The notes beneath the pieces were generated by a model. The model made no database searches. It saw only the letters and a program-made list of their open reading frames with translations, and was not told the origin of the DNA. This document shows positions 8,004-16,379 of a stretch of 32,000 bases of DNA, one piece after another. The translations under genes and the position numbers were made by a program. Position 1 is the stretch's first letter. Every line of letters begins with the position of its first letter. The stretch lies in assembly GCA_028713935.1 (NCBI GenBank), contig JAQTNI010000003.1:1-32000 (forward strand). The letters are read 5' to 3'. Origin of the DNA: Candidatus Iainarchaeum sp. GTDB lineage: Archaea; Iainarchaeota; Iainarchaeia; Iainarchaeales; GCA-2688035.

Positions 8004-8510
8004 GTGATTGAAATGAAAAACAGCCCTGCAAAACAAAAGAATTTTCTGTTTAGTTATGTTATTGACCATGACGGAGACCCCGATTTTGTAGGCAAAAAAC
8101 TGGTTTTGGGAACACAAAACTGTAAGGCATACATGCGCCCGCTCGTGCATAAAAACGATTGGATTATTGCAACGCTTGGAAAAAAATTTCCCACAGGAAA
8201 AACAAACAGTGACTTTACCAGGGCAAATAAAGATTATTGGCAATATTTGATTTGTGCAATGCAAGCAACAGAGAATCCCAAGCGGGGCAAAATTTATTCA
8301 AACAATTTTTATGTCTTTTTTGCAAAACCCGTCAAACTAAAAAGCGAAAAAAGCAATTTTCTTGCTTTAATCAAAAGGGGGCGAAGGCACAAAAAAATCC
8401 CTCTTGAAACAAAAAAGGTTCAAAAATTTTTGAGCTGGATAAAACACCAAAAACATAGCAGGGGGAAAACTCAACAAGCAAAAACCTGCAATCAAATATG
8501 GGCCCAATAA
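8004..8510 (+). CDS. Hypothetical protein, tentatively Nmad2-like (nucleotide-modification-associated domain 2)
   Basis: The N-terminus FSYVIDHDGDPDFVGKKLVLGTQNCKAYMRPLVHKNDWIIATLG is colinear with my recollection of the Nmad2 pattern Y-V-v..D.GFAPNPF.G.CTLA.CKP.IR.....GDWvvG. Divergent and unverified. Confidence 0.4.
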   Translation: MIEMKNSPAKQKNFLFSYVIDHDGDPDFVGKKLVLGTQNCKAYMRPLVHKNDWIIATLGKKFPTGKTNSDFTRANKDYWQYLICAMQATENPKRGKIYSNNFYVFFAKPVKLKSEKSNFLALIKRGRRHKKIPLETKKVQKFLSWIKHQKHSRGKTQQAKTCNQIWAQ

Positions 8511-8515
8511 AACAG

Positions 8516-9205
8516 CTATTGCTCTGTTGGCAATTTTGTGCCAAATGTTTCTGTAATATACTGTGCAGTCTTTTGTGAAAGGGATTTCAAGCCAGATACT
8601 GCAGTAGCGATAAGCTCAATTGCTTCTTTACCATTAGATAAAATCATTTGCTTTTCATTGTTATTTCGAGGGAGACATAATTTATTTTTCATTAAAAATT
8701 CAATCCAAGAGTTTGCCAAATCAACTGTATCTTGAATCAGATATAACGCTTTTTTTAAATCAAAGGAGGATTTGTTATCTATTTTATTGTCAAGGACTCT
8801 GGCAAAATAATCTGCATCAAGATTGGGAATTTTAATGGCAGGTACTGACTGGAATGAAAGAGTTTGCAAGTAGGAATCTGTAATGCTGGGACGTACCGAT
8901 TCCCCAAAAACAGTTAGTATCCCCCCAGAGACATAATCCAGTTTTACCAATAACAGTTGTAAATATTGTTCTTGTTTCTTTCTATGGTTAAAAATTTTGA
9001 ACAGCAAATCTATTCGCCATAGTCCAACAGCAAAAACTATTGCAAAAATAGCCAGCAAACCTTGTGCTTTGTTAACTTCCCCTAAGAAAATTTGTTCCTT
9101 GTTAAAAAAAACTGCCAACAAATAAAACAAAGTCGGGAAAGACATCATTATAAAAATTGGAATTAATTCTTTTTTTTGCTGTGCAATAAAATCAACATAA
9201 GACAT
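8516..9205 (-). CDS. Membrane-anchored protein (2 N-terminal TM plus about 150-aa soluble domain), function unknown
   Basis: TM helices IPIFIMMSFPTLFYLLAVFF and LLAIFAIVFAVGLW. No motif recognised in the C-terminal domain. Confidence 0.5.
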   Translation of the reverse strand: MSYVDFIAQQKKELIPIFIMMSFPTLFYLLAVFFNKEQIFLGEVNKAQGLLAIFAIVFAVGLWRIDLLFKIFNHRKKQEQYLQLLLVKLDYVSGGILTVFGESVRPSITDSYLQTLSFQSVPAIKIPNLDADYFARVLDNKIDNKSSFDLKKALYLIQDTVDLANSWIEFLMKNKLCLPRNNNEKQMILSNGKEAIELIATAVSGLKSLSQKTAQYITETFGTKLPTEQ

Positions 9206-9236
9206 GCTCTGTGCCCCCTTGTAATAAAAGTTCGGC

Positions 9237-10031
9237 TTAAAATATTTTTGAATTTGGTTTTTTTCTTTGAAGCATTCCAGCCATGCTTTTTATTCTTAAT
9301 AAATCATTGTTGCTGAAATCGGTTGTTCCTTGACTATAAAGCTTTTCCGTTATTACTTCTTTTTTTTCTGTTTCTGTTTTTGCCAGTTGATAATCTTCTG
9401 AACTAAGAAGCTCTTTTGCAATGCCTTCAAAGAGTTTTGTTTTTTCTTGCAACTTCGCAAGATTTATTTTTGCGATAGCCCCTTTGATTGTTGGCTCTTC
9501 CTTAAGTCTTTCAAAATAAGTGCGAATGGAATGCCAACGAGAGTGCTCTGAATCAATTGCAGCAATTTTTTTAAGCTTTGGAATTTTTTCAAAAACAAAA
9601 AATTGGAAAGGCGCTTTATCCAAAAAAAATGTATCCTCTATTCCTTGGTTTTTTTCCAAGAACTCTGATAAAACAGTAAGCAAGCTTTCTTTTTGGATGC
9701 CTGCTTTTTCCAAATCCTGTTCAATTGTCAAGTCGGAAAATAATTCGCTCGCATCTTCTGATTCATGCAGTTGTTTCAACTTTGCAAGCTTTTCATCGGA
9801 AACTATCTGTTCTTCAAAACCAAAATACGTTTGGCTCTCTTTGTCAAAAACAATTTTGTTGGTTTTAACAGGAACTTCTTCCCCATTTTCATCTTCAATA
9901 GTACTGGGAAAAGAAAAAAAGTATTCTTTATTTTCAGTTTTTTTAACAAGCTTTTCAAAATCCAATTTTTCTTCTAACCAAATTGTTTCGCGCATTAATT
10001 TTTCGCTGGGAATTATAGGCCTAAAATCCAT
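9237..10031 (-). CDS. Acidic soluble protein, function unknown
   Basis: 264-aa ORF rich in E/K/D with no recognisable motif. Lies 31 nt upstream of 8516-9205 on the same strand. Confidence 0.5.
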   Translation of the reverse strand: MDFRPIIPSEKLMRETIWLEEKLDFEKLVKKTENKEYFFSFPSTIEDENGEEVPVKTNKIVFDKESQTYFGFEEQIVSDEKLAKLKQLHESEDASELFSDLTIEQDLEKAGIQKESLLTVLSEFLEKNQGIEDTFFLDKAPFQFFVFEKIPKLKKIAAIDSEHSRWHSIRTYFERLKEEPTIKGAIAKINLAKLQEKTKLFEGIAKELLSSEDYQLAKTETEKKEVITEKLYSQGTTDFSNNDLLRIKSMAGMLQRKKPNSKIF

Positions 10032-10251
10032 TGTTTCTTACCTTAATAACTATCCCTACTGAGGTTTTTAAATGATTTTTGAGTAGGTTTCCGCTATTCT
10101 TTTTTGGTTTTTTCAATAAAAACCGCTTTAAAGCTAACTTTTAAACTGTAAACAGTTGCTTTTAAAAAGAAGGCTTTTATATTGGGAAACACTTGTTATT
10201 TTAAAAAAACAGCAGAAGGAAGTATTATTTTATAACGAGGGTGATTTTGGT

Positions 10252-10410
10252 ATGGCTAAACCAATTAGAGCAACTCCAACGCTTATTGGTGAAGAGGCAA
10301 TTCGCTTTTTGGATAAAATGAGGAGAACGGATTCTGAGAACAGGCTAAGCCCGTCAGACAAAATTTTGGTCGAACTAATGCATAAGAACGAAAAATTGTT
10401 CAGGGTTTAA
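10252..10410 (+). CDS. Small (52 aa) hypothetical protein
   Basis: ATG at 10252 preceded by GAGGGTGAT (SD-like) 8 nt upstream. Sequence is MAKPIRATPTLIGEEAIRFLDKMRRTDSENRLSPSDKILVELMHKNEKLFRV. Its 3' end overlaps the convergent GNAT gene by 11 nt. Confidence 0.4.
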   Translation: MAKPIRATPTLIGEEAIRFLDKMRRTDSENRLSPSDKILVELMHKNEKLFRV

Positions 10411-10999
10411 TTTTCTCCTCTTCTTTTATTATATTTACCAAATTTTTGTACATGTGAACCACATTGCTTTTTTCTTTGGTTTTCAAAATTTCAAAACCAT
10501 TCTTTTTGTAAAATCTTTCAGGCTTTAAGCGCTCTGGGATTATCTCATCATTTTTTGCATCAACTGTAATAAACCTGCAAGCTGCAATCCTATGTATTTT
10601 CACTGCACGGTCTACTGCAAAAGCAATCATTTTTGTTCCAATGCCCTTCCTGCAAAAAGATTTTTGAACTCCCATCCGGCCTATTTTTAAGGCGGGCAAT
10701 GACTTGTAATTAATGCCACGCCTAATCATTTCATCTTTTTGAACCTTGTCCAAATTAATCGCATCAGCACAAATAGTAATGTAGCCAAGAATTTGGTGGT
10801 ATTCGCGAGACATCCACAAAAAAGTCCTGTTCACGCCTTCCTTTTCCTGCTTTAACGCATCTTCCTTAAGAAACGCTTCAATTTCCTTAATTTCGGATTC
10901 AAACCCGCTAATAAAAACACTTGAGGAGTCCCCCAACTCAACAATTTCAATATCCTCTCCAGGATACGGAATTTTATCTTGCTCAATTGAATCTTGCAT
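10400..10999 (-). CDS. GNAT family N-acetyltransferase, TacT/KacT-toxin-like
   Basis: Acetyl-CoA binding segment LPALKIGRMGVQKSFCRKGIGTKMIAFAVDRA, C-terminal FYKKNGFE, and an N-terminal FISGFESEIKEIEAFLKEDALKQEKEGVNRTFL reminiscent of TacT-type toxins. ATG at 10999. Confidence 0.7.
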   Translation of the reverse strand: MQDSIEQDKIPYPGEDIEIVELGDSSSVFISGFESEIKEIEAFLKEDALKQEKEGVNRTFLWMSREYHQILGYITICADAINLDKVQKDEMIRRGINYKSLPALKIGRMGVQKSFCRKGIGTKMIAFAVDRAVKIHRIAACRFITVDAKNDEIIPERLKPERFYKKNGFEILKTKEKSNVVHMYKNLVNIIKEEEKIKP

Positions 11000-11151
11000 G
11001 CACAAATCCTATATTAAAGTATTTAAAAATCCTGCGACCTTTCTTGTCATGGCACTAGAACTTGTTGTTCCCACATTATCTTCCCTTCACAGCAATTGTT
11101 TCTTTTGGCAACAATCATTTTGCAAGCAATAAAAAAATTAGAAAATTTTAG

Positions 11152-11226
11152 TGCCCTCACTGGGATTTGAACCCAGGTCATCAGCTTGAAAGGCTGAGGT
11201 CCTTAACCGGTCTAGACCATGAGGGC
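11152..11226 (-). tRNA. tRNA-Glu (anticodon UUC)
   Basis: Reverse complement folds as GCCCTCA TG GTCT AGACCGGTTAA GGAC C TCAGC CTTTCAA GCTGA TGAC CTGGG TTCAAAT CCCAG TGAGGGC A. It is a full 75-nt cloverleaf with no encoded CCA. Confidence 0.9.
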
Positions 11227-11388
11227 TGCTTTGTTGTTTTTCAATGCTTTTTTTGCTTCAAAATGGTTTTTGTCCTATATTTAAAAACTGTTGCGATTTC
11301 AATAATTAGTGGACAATCCAACAGATTGTTTTGTGAAATAATTAAATAACTTGTTTTTGAGAATTATTTTAAAACAATGGGTTTTTTT

Positions 11389-11562
11389 ATGGCGCGCTTT
11401 GAAGAGGCAGACAAAAGGCTTTTCCTGAATGTCTGGATTTGCATGAAATGCAATGCAAAAAATCGGTCAGGGACGGGAAAACCGAGAAAATGCAGGAAAT
11501 GCGGAAGCAGCAGGTTCAGGTTAAAGCACAAGGTAAAGAAAAGCGCTTCAAAAGGAAAGTAA
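11389..11562 (+). CDS. rpl40e: Ribosomal protein eL40 (L40e)
   Basis: [48 protein letters not shown] carries a C-x2-C ... C-x2-C zinc ribbon and the conserved MARF start. Confidence 0.85.
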   Translation: MARFEEADKRLFLNVWICMKCNAKNRSGTGKPRKCRKCGSSRFRLKHKVKKSASKGK

Positions 11563-11609
11563 AAAGCAAAAATTATCCTTAAAAACCATTTTGAACTACT
11601 TTTTATTGC

Positions 11610-12440
11610 ATGCAAATAAAAGCTTTTTTTGAATTAATCAGGCCATTGAACTGCCTAATGGCTGCTTTTGGAGTTTTTGTAGGATATTTCATTGCGTTTT
11701 CAGGTGCAGGAATTGTTTTTTCAGAAACACAATTGATAATTGCAATGTTAGCTGCTTTTTTTGTTTGCGCTGCAGGCCAAACAATAAACGATGTTTTTGA
11801 TTCTGAAATAGACGCGAGAATAAGGCCAAAAAAGCCGATTCCAAGCAAAAGAATTACAAAAGACAGCGCTTTCTGGTATTCAATAGGGCTTTTTGCAATT
11901 GGGAACATTTTAGCGCTTTTCTTGATGCCAGCATCAATAGTAATTTCAATCAGCTTCACAGTGCTATTGATTGTTTATTCTGCAAAAATGCAGAAAACAA
12001 AATTCCTTGGAAACTGGATAGTGGGATTGGGAACTGCTTTTACACTTGTTTTTGGAGCAACAATAATTGGAAATTACAACATTGTCTTGTTTTTGGCTGC
12101 GGCTGCATTGCTTGCAAATGTTGCAAGGGAAATAATCAAGGACACAGAAGACATTGATGCGGATAAAGGATTAAAGGTTTCATTGCCAATGGTTGCGGGC
12201 AAGCAGTTTGCAAAGGCATTTGTTTTTGCGCTTTACATTGTTGCAATTATCCTGCCCTTGTTTGTTTTTTTTGCATTAAAATTTGGGAATATTCTTTTTT
12301 TGGTTTTTGCAATTGTTTCAGCAGCAATCTTTTTGTATTCGGGAAAAATGTTTTTTGATGGAAAAAATGACAAGGCACAGCTTTTTTCAAAAATAGGCAT
12401 GCTCATTGCATTAATTGGTTTTTTTGCAGGGGCTTTTTGA
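11610..12440 (+). CDS. UbiA-family prenyltransferase, probable digeranylgeranylglyceryl phosphate synthase
   Basis: NDVFDSEIDARIRPKKPIPS (NDxxDxxxD) plus a second Asp-rich segment KDTEDIDADKG. About 8 TM helices. Confidence 0.8.
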   Translation: MQIKAFFELIRPLNCLMAAFGVFVGYFIAFSGAGIVFSETQLIIAMLAAFFVCAAGQTINDVFDSEIDARIRPKKPIPSKRITKDSAFWYSIGLFAIGNILALFLMPASIVISISFTVLLIVYSAKMQKTKFLGNWIVGLGTAFTLVFGATIIGNYNIVLFLAAAALLANVAREIIKDTEDIDADKGLKVSLPMVAGKQFAKAFVFALYIVAIILPLFVFFALKFGNILFLVFAIVSAAIFLYSGKMFFDGKNDKAQLFSKIGMLIALIGFFAGAF

Positions 12441-13357
12441 TGCGCGAAGTATTGTTAATGAAAATAATTGCCCTGCTGAAAGAAAAAGGGTTTTTGGTTG
12501 AAAGCTTTTTGCATGCGCATTCCTGCTTTGATCTGGCAGGGAAGGGCCATGGCTTGTTTTTTTTGGTAAAAGTTTTGAATAACATTGATGCTTTGCGGGA
12601 AGAACAGGCTTTGGAGCTGAAAAAGCTTTCCTCGCTTTTTGCGGCAATTCCAATGGTTGTTGGAGAAAAAAGCAAGGCTTTTTCTCTGAAGGAAAATTCT
12701 GTTTATGAAAGATATGGCATTAATGTCCTGAGCTTCAGGGGTTTTTCGGAATTGTTAGAGGAAAACCTGCCTAGCATTAGGGTTTTCAAGGGAAAAGAAA
12801 TTGTTGAGCTTGACCCTGAAAAATTAAGGCAGAGAAGAAAAGAAATGGGCTTTACTCTGGAAGAAATTGCGCAAAAAATTGATTCAACAGTTGAATCTGT
12901 GCACAGGTATGAAAAAGGCGCAAATGTTTCTCTTGGAAAAGCAGAGGCATTGGAAGATTTGCTTGGAACAAGCCTTATTAAAAAAATTGATTTGTTAAAA
13001 GGGGAAAAACAGGAAAAAAATGTTTTTGACAGTGACATTGAGGATGAATGCCTTGGGAAAATTCAGGGCCTTGGAGTTGAATTGTCTGTTTTCAAGCATG
13101 CTCCTTTCAGGGCAAGCGTAAAAAAAGAAACTTTGATAATTGGAAAGGGAAATACTAAAATCGAAATAAGGAAAAAGGCTGTTGAGCTTATTCATGCAAA
13201 AAATGTTTTTGGCTCAAGCCCTTTGATTCTTGCAAAAGAATCAAGCCAGAAGGCAGTCGGGAATGTTCCTGTAATTGAGGAAGAAGAGCTTGAAAGCATG
13301 AGCAGGTTTAATGAGCTGCGGGAACTGATAAGGGAAAGGTCGCGGAAAAATGCGTGA
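12440..13357 (+). CDS. Archaeal HTH (XRE-type) transcriptional regulator, COG1395-like
   Basis: The central HTH is RKEMGFTLEEIAQKIDSTVESVHRYEKG. An N-terminal domain has the SCFDLAGK motif. The ATG overlaps the preceding TGA (ATGA). Confidence 0.65.
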   Translation: MREVLLMKIIALLKEKGFLVESFLHAHSCFDLAGKGHGLFFLVKVLNNIDALREEQALELKKLSSLFAAIPMVVGEKSKAFSLKENSVYERYGINVLSFRGFSELLEENLPSIRVFKGKEIVELDPEKLRQRRKEMGFTLEEIAQKIDSTVESVHRYEKGANVSLGKAEALEDLLGTSLIKKIDLLKGEKQEKNVFDSDIEDECLGKIQGLGVELSVFKHAPFRASVKKETLIIGKGNTKIEIRKKAVELIHAKNVFGSSPLILAKESSQKAVGNVPVIEEEELESMSRFNELRELIRERSRKNA

Positions 13358-13994
13358 AAACAATTTTTCTGAAAAAAGAAAAAGTCTTGTTCAAGGCATG
13401 GTTAGCGAGGGAGCATTGAAAAGCAGGGAAATTGAAAGGGCTTTTTTGTCTGTGAAAAGGGAAATTTTTTTTCCGGAAAGCCTGGGAAAGTTTGCTTATG
13501 AAGACAATGCTTTTCCAATAGGCAGGGGGCAGACAATTAGCCAGCCAAGCACAATTGCAGTTATGCTTGAAATGCTTGATTTGCACAGGGGAATGAAAGT
13601 ACTTGAAATTGGTGCTGGAAGCGCTTATGTGCTTGCATTGCTTTCAAAAATTGTGGGCCTTGAAGGAAAGGTTTTTGGAATAGAAATATTGCCGGAATTA
13701 AAGGCGCTTGCGGAAAAAAATTTGAAGTCAGCAAAATGCGGGAACATTGAATTGCTGCTTGGCAATGGCTGTGAAGGCTGGCCTGAAAAAAGTCCTTTTG
13801 ACAGGATTCTTATAAGCGCTGCCTGTTCTGAAATTCCGAAAGCGCTTGAAAGCCAGTTAAGGGAAAACGGAAAAATTGTTGTGCCTCTTGGAGAAAAATT
13901 TTCCCAGGAAATTGTTTTGATGCAAAAGCAAAAAGGGTTTTTGGAAGAAAAAGAAAGAAAATGCTGCTTTGTCTTTGTGCCGCTGCAATGTTGA
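13350..13994 (+). CDS. pcm: Protein-L-isoaspartate O-methyltransferase
   Basis: GQTISQPSTIAVMLEMLDL and the SAM-binding segment VLEIGAGSAYVLALL. Confidence 0.85.
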   Translation: MRENNFSEKRKSLVQGMVSEGALKSREIERAFLSVKREIFFPESLGKFAYEDNAFPIGRGQTISQPSTIAVMLEMLDLHRGMKVLEIGAGSAYVLALLSKIVGLEGKVFGIEILPELKALAEKNLKSAKCGNIELLLGNGCEGWPEKSPFDRILISAACSEIPKALESQLRENGKIVVPLGEKFSQEIVLMQKQKGFLEEKERKCCFVFVPLQC

Positions 13995-14438
13995 TTACTT
14001 TTTTGCAATTTCCTTTTTTATGCCATCAATGCAAACCCAAATTAGCTGAAAATAATTATCATACCTGCGCAGGGAAAAAAGCGCCTTTTCAGCTGCATTG
14101 TGATATGCCTCATAATCCCTATGTTCCAGGGCAATAAGTTGTTCCCTCATTTTCCCAATTCTTTCACGTGCAACGGCAATATCAGTTTTTATTGCTTTTA
14201 TTGCTTCTGGAATTGTTTTCATGTTGCCTATCCCGATTTTGTGGTTAACCAGCTTTAATGCAAATTTGTCAAAATCTGCTTTGCCAGTGAATTTTTTATT
14301 TCCGGCTTCTTTTTCAAATTCGCCCAGATAACGCCTGCCAGAAAAAAGCCTTCTCCGCAGCCATTCATGGTAGCTTTTTCCGATTGTCAATTGCACTAAC
14401 CTTTTGGTATTGATGATTGGTCTTTTTTTTGGCCGCAT
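13995..14438 (-). CDS. Hypothetical basic protein translationally coupled to fen1
   Basis: The ORF starts at ATG 14438, or at TTG 14444 which abuts the fen1 stop at 14445-14447. No motif recognised. Confidence 0.5.
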   Translation of the reverse strand: MRPKKRPIINTKRLVQLTIGKSYHEWLRRRLFSGRRYLGEFEKEAGNKKFTGKADFDKFALKLVNHKIGIGNMKTIPEAIKAIKTDIAVARERIGKMREQLIALEHRDYEAYHNAAEKALFSLRRYDNYFQLIWVCIDGIKKEIAKK

Positions 14439-14444
14439 AATCAA

Positions 14445-15470
14445 TCATATCCAGGAACTGAGCCTGCTTTGCTTTGCGCTGAAATCAACTCTTTCCACTA
14501 TTTTGTTTAAGGCGTTTTCAACGCGTTCCCTGCTGAAATCGCGCTCGTCGCACAAAAAAGACATTATTTTTTCTTTTTGCATTGGCTTGAATTCAATTTT
14601 GAAGTCTTCTGAAAACTTTGGATGCAAAAAAATTTCCTCTATTCCCCTGTAATCAAAATCAGGCTCGTGCTTTGTTTCTTTTATGATTTCTTCAAAAGAA
14701 GAAAATTTTTTTACTAACTGCAAAGCTGTTTTTGGGCCAATTTTTGGGAATTTTTTGTTAAAATCGGTTCCAACAAGAATGCCTATCCAGACAAGCTTTT
14801 TCCTGTCAATGCCGAGCAATGATAAATTTTTTTCAAGCTCAATCAGTTCAGGCTTAATGTCATAATGATAATTTTTTCCAGGCACTTTTCTTTTTCCGGA
14901 AACAGTTACATTCCTGAACAGGCGTTTTGCTCCAAAGAGGAGAGAATCAAAATCCTGGGAAACACAGCCATAAAGAGTGCCATTGTCAACCATTTGTGAA
15001 GCCTGTGCTTCCCCATCGTTTATGGCTTGCACAACTGGCAAACCCATTAATTCAACAAGAGTTTTTGCCTCTTCAACCATTTCAGGAGTTAATCTTGTTG
15101 CCTGCATTGCAAATTTTCTTGCTTCCTCTGTTTCGCCTTTTTCTTTTGCCTCTTTGAATTTTTTTTCTGCTGCGGTCCGTATTTCATTTCTTGCTTTTGA
15201 AGTTTCTTTTTTGAGTTCAATTGGCTTTCCGTCAAAAACAAAAACAGGCAAGGCACCTGCTTCAAGCAGATTGATTGTCCTGTAAAGCAGTCCTGTTAAG
15301 TGAGAAGTAATCCTTCCCTTTGAATCCATCAAAGGAGTTCCGTCTGCCCCTCTTATAATTGAAAGAAACTGGTAAAGCACATTGAAAGAATCAATTCCAA
15401 TGCGCCTGCCATTCAAAAAAGAAAAATCTATTTCCTGCTTTTCAAGGATTTCCCCAATCTGCGTGCCCAT
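14445..15470 (-). CDS. fen: Flap endonuclease 1
   Basis: MGTQIGEIL...GIDSFNVLYQFLS...GRITSHLTGLLYRTINLLEAGALPVFVFDGKP, and a C-terminal PIP-like KQSRLSSWI. Confidence 0.9.
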   Translation of the reverse strand: MGTQIGEILEKQEIDFSFLNGRRIGIDSFNVLYQFLSIIRGADGTPLMDSKGRITSHLTGLLYRTINLLEAGALPVFVFDGKPIELKKETSKARNEIRTAAEKKFKEAKEKGETEEARKFAMQATRLTPEMVEEAKTLVELMGLPVVQAINDGEAQASQMVDNGTLYGCVSQDFDSLLFGAKRLFRNVTVSGKRKVPGKNYHYDIKPELIELEKNLSLLGIDRKKLVWIGILVGTDFNKKFPKIGPKTALQLVKKFSSFEEIIKETKHEPDFDYRGIEEIFLHPKFSEDFKIEFKPMQKEKIMSFLCDERDFSRERVENALNKIVERVDFSAKQSRLSSWI

Positions 15471-15533
15471 AAAACCAATCAAAAAATAAAGGCGGAAAAG
15501 GTATTTAAAAAGAATTTACACAAAATAAATCGC

Positions 15534-16379
15534 ATGACAGAAAAAGTGACCATTATTATTCCTGCTTATAATGAAGCACTTTACCTGCCAAAAATGTTGC
15601 AATCAGTATTGCGATTGAAGTCTCGGTTCCCACGATTTCAAAAGATGAATCCACTGGTTCACTATCTGATTGACGATGTGATTGTCGTGGATGACGGAAG
15701 CACGGATAATACAGCTAGAATAGCAGTCCAAAATGGGGCTACGCTTGTTTCTCTGGAAAAAAATTGTGGAAAAGCTTTTGCAGTCTATGCCGGTTTTAGG
15801 CGCGCCCGCGAGAATGGTTCTACTATTGTTGTCACGCTGGATGCCGACCTTAAACCAGTTACAAAAAAACAATTGGACAAACTGGTGCTGCCAGTTGCTA
15901 AAAAAGAATGCAAAATGACAGTTGGCCTACTTACTGCAGATCTTGCTGATTTGACAGGTCAACGCGCCATTCGCATGAGCGCTTTAGAACCGCTTTTTAG
16001 TCGCAATAGAAAATGGAGAATATATTTTGGAATTCGCAATGGGAGAATGGTACGTCGAGCAGGGTTTGGATTGGAAGTTGCACTTAATGAACTCATTGGC
16101 CGCATTGGCCCTTATTTTGGAACAGTTTCACCCCACAAGAACGTTCGAGCGGTTCAAACAGATTTCGAAACTCAAAGGAAGGCATACCAAAAGAATATTG
16201 TGGGGAAACCCGAATTGGATAATATGCTCGAACAAAACTTTGACATAAATCGGTACAGCAAGGTTTGGAACCGACGATATGATATGGCTCGCAAGCGACG
16301 AGAATTTCGTGCGAGCAACAAAGCTCAACACGCACGAGCACTGCACAACAGGCATAACAAACAGGCAGTTTTACGGTAA
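15534..16379 (+). CDS. Family 2 glycosyltransferase (glucosyl-3-phosphoglycerate-synthase-like)
   Basis: IIIPAYNE, VVDDGSTDNT and TLDADL motifs, with a basic C-terminal tail. Arg codon usage is atypical for this window (see findings). Confidence 0.8.
   Translation: MTEKVTIIIPAYNEALYLPKMLQSVLRLKSRFPRFQKMNPLVHYLIDDVIVVDDGSTDNTARIAVQNGATLVSLEKNCGKAFAVYAGFRRARENGSTIVVTLDADLKPVTKKQLDKLVLPVAKKECKMTVGLLTADLADLTGQRAIRMSALEPLFSRNRKWRIYFGIRNGRMVRRAGFGLEVALNELIGRIGPYFGTVSPHKNVRAVQTDFETQRKAYQKNIVGKPELDNMLEQNFDINRYSKVWNRRYDMARKRREFRASNKAQHARALHNRHNKQAVLR

Noticed and set aside
9520-10062. A 180-codon plus-strand ORF antisense to 9237-10031. Similar antisense ORFs lie at 2518-3087, 3106-3414, 1147-1527, 12703-13038 and 13625-14008.
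   Set aside because: All lie fully within better-supported genes on the opposite strand and encode low-complexity Ser/Phe/Lys-rich products with no start context. I treat them as shadow ORFs.
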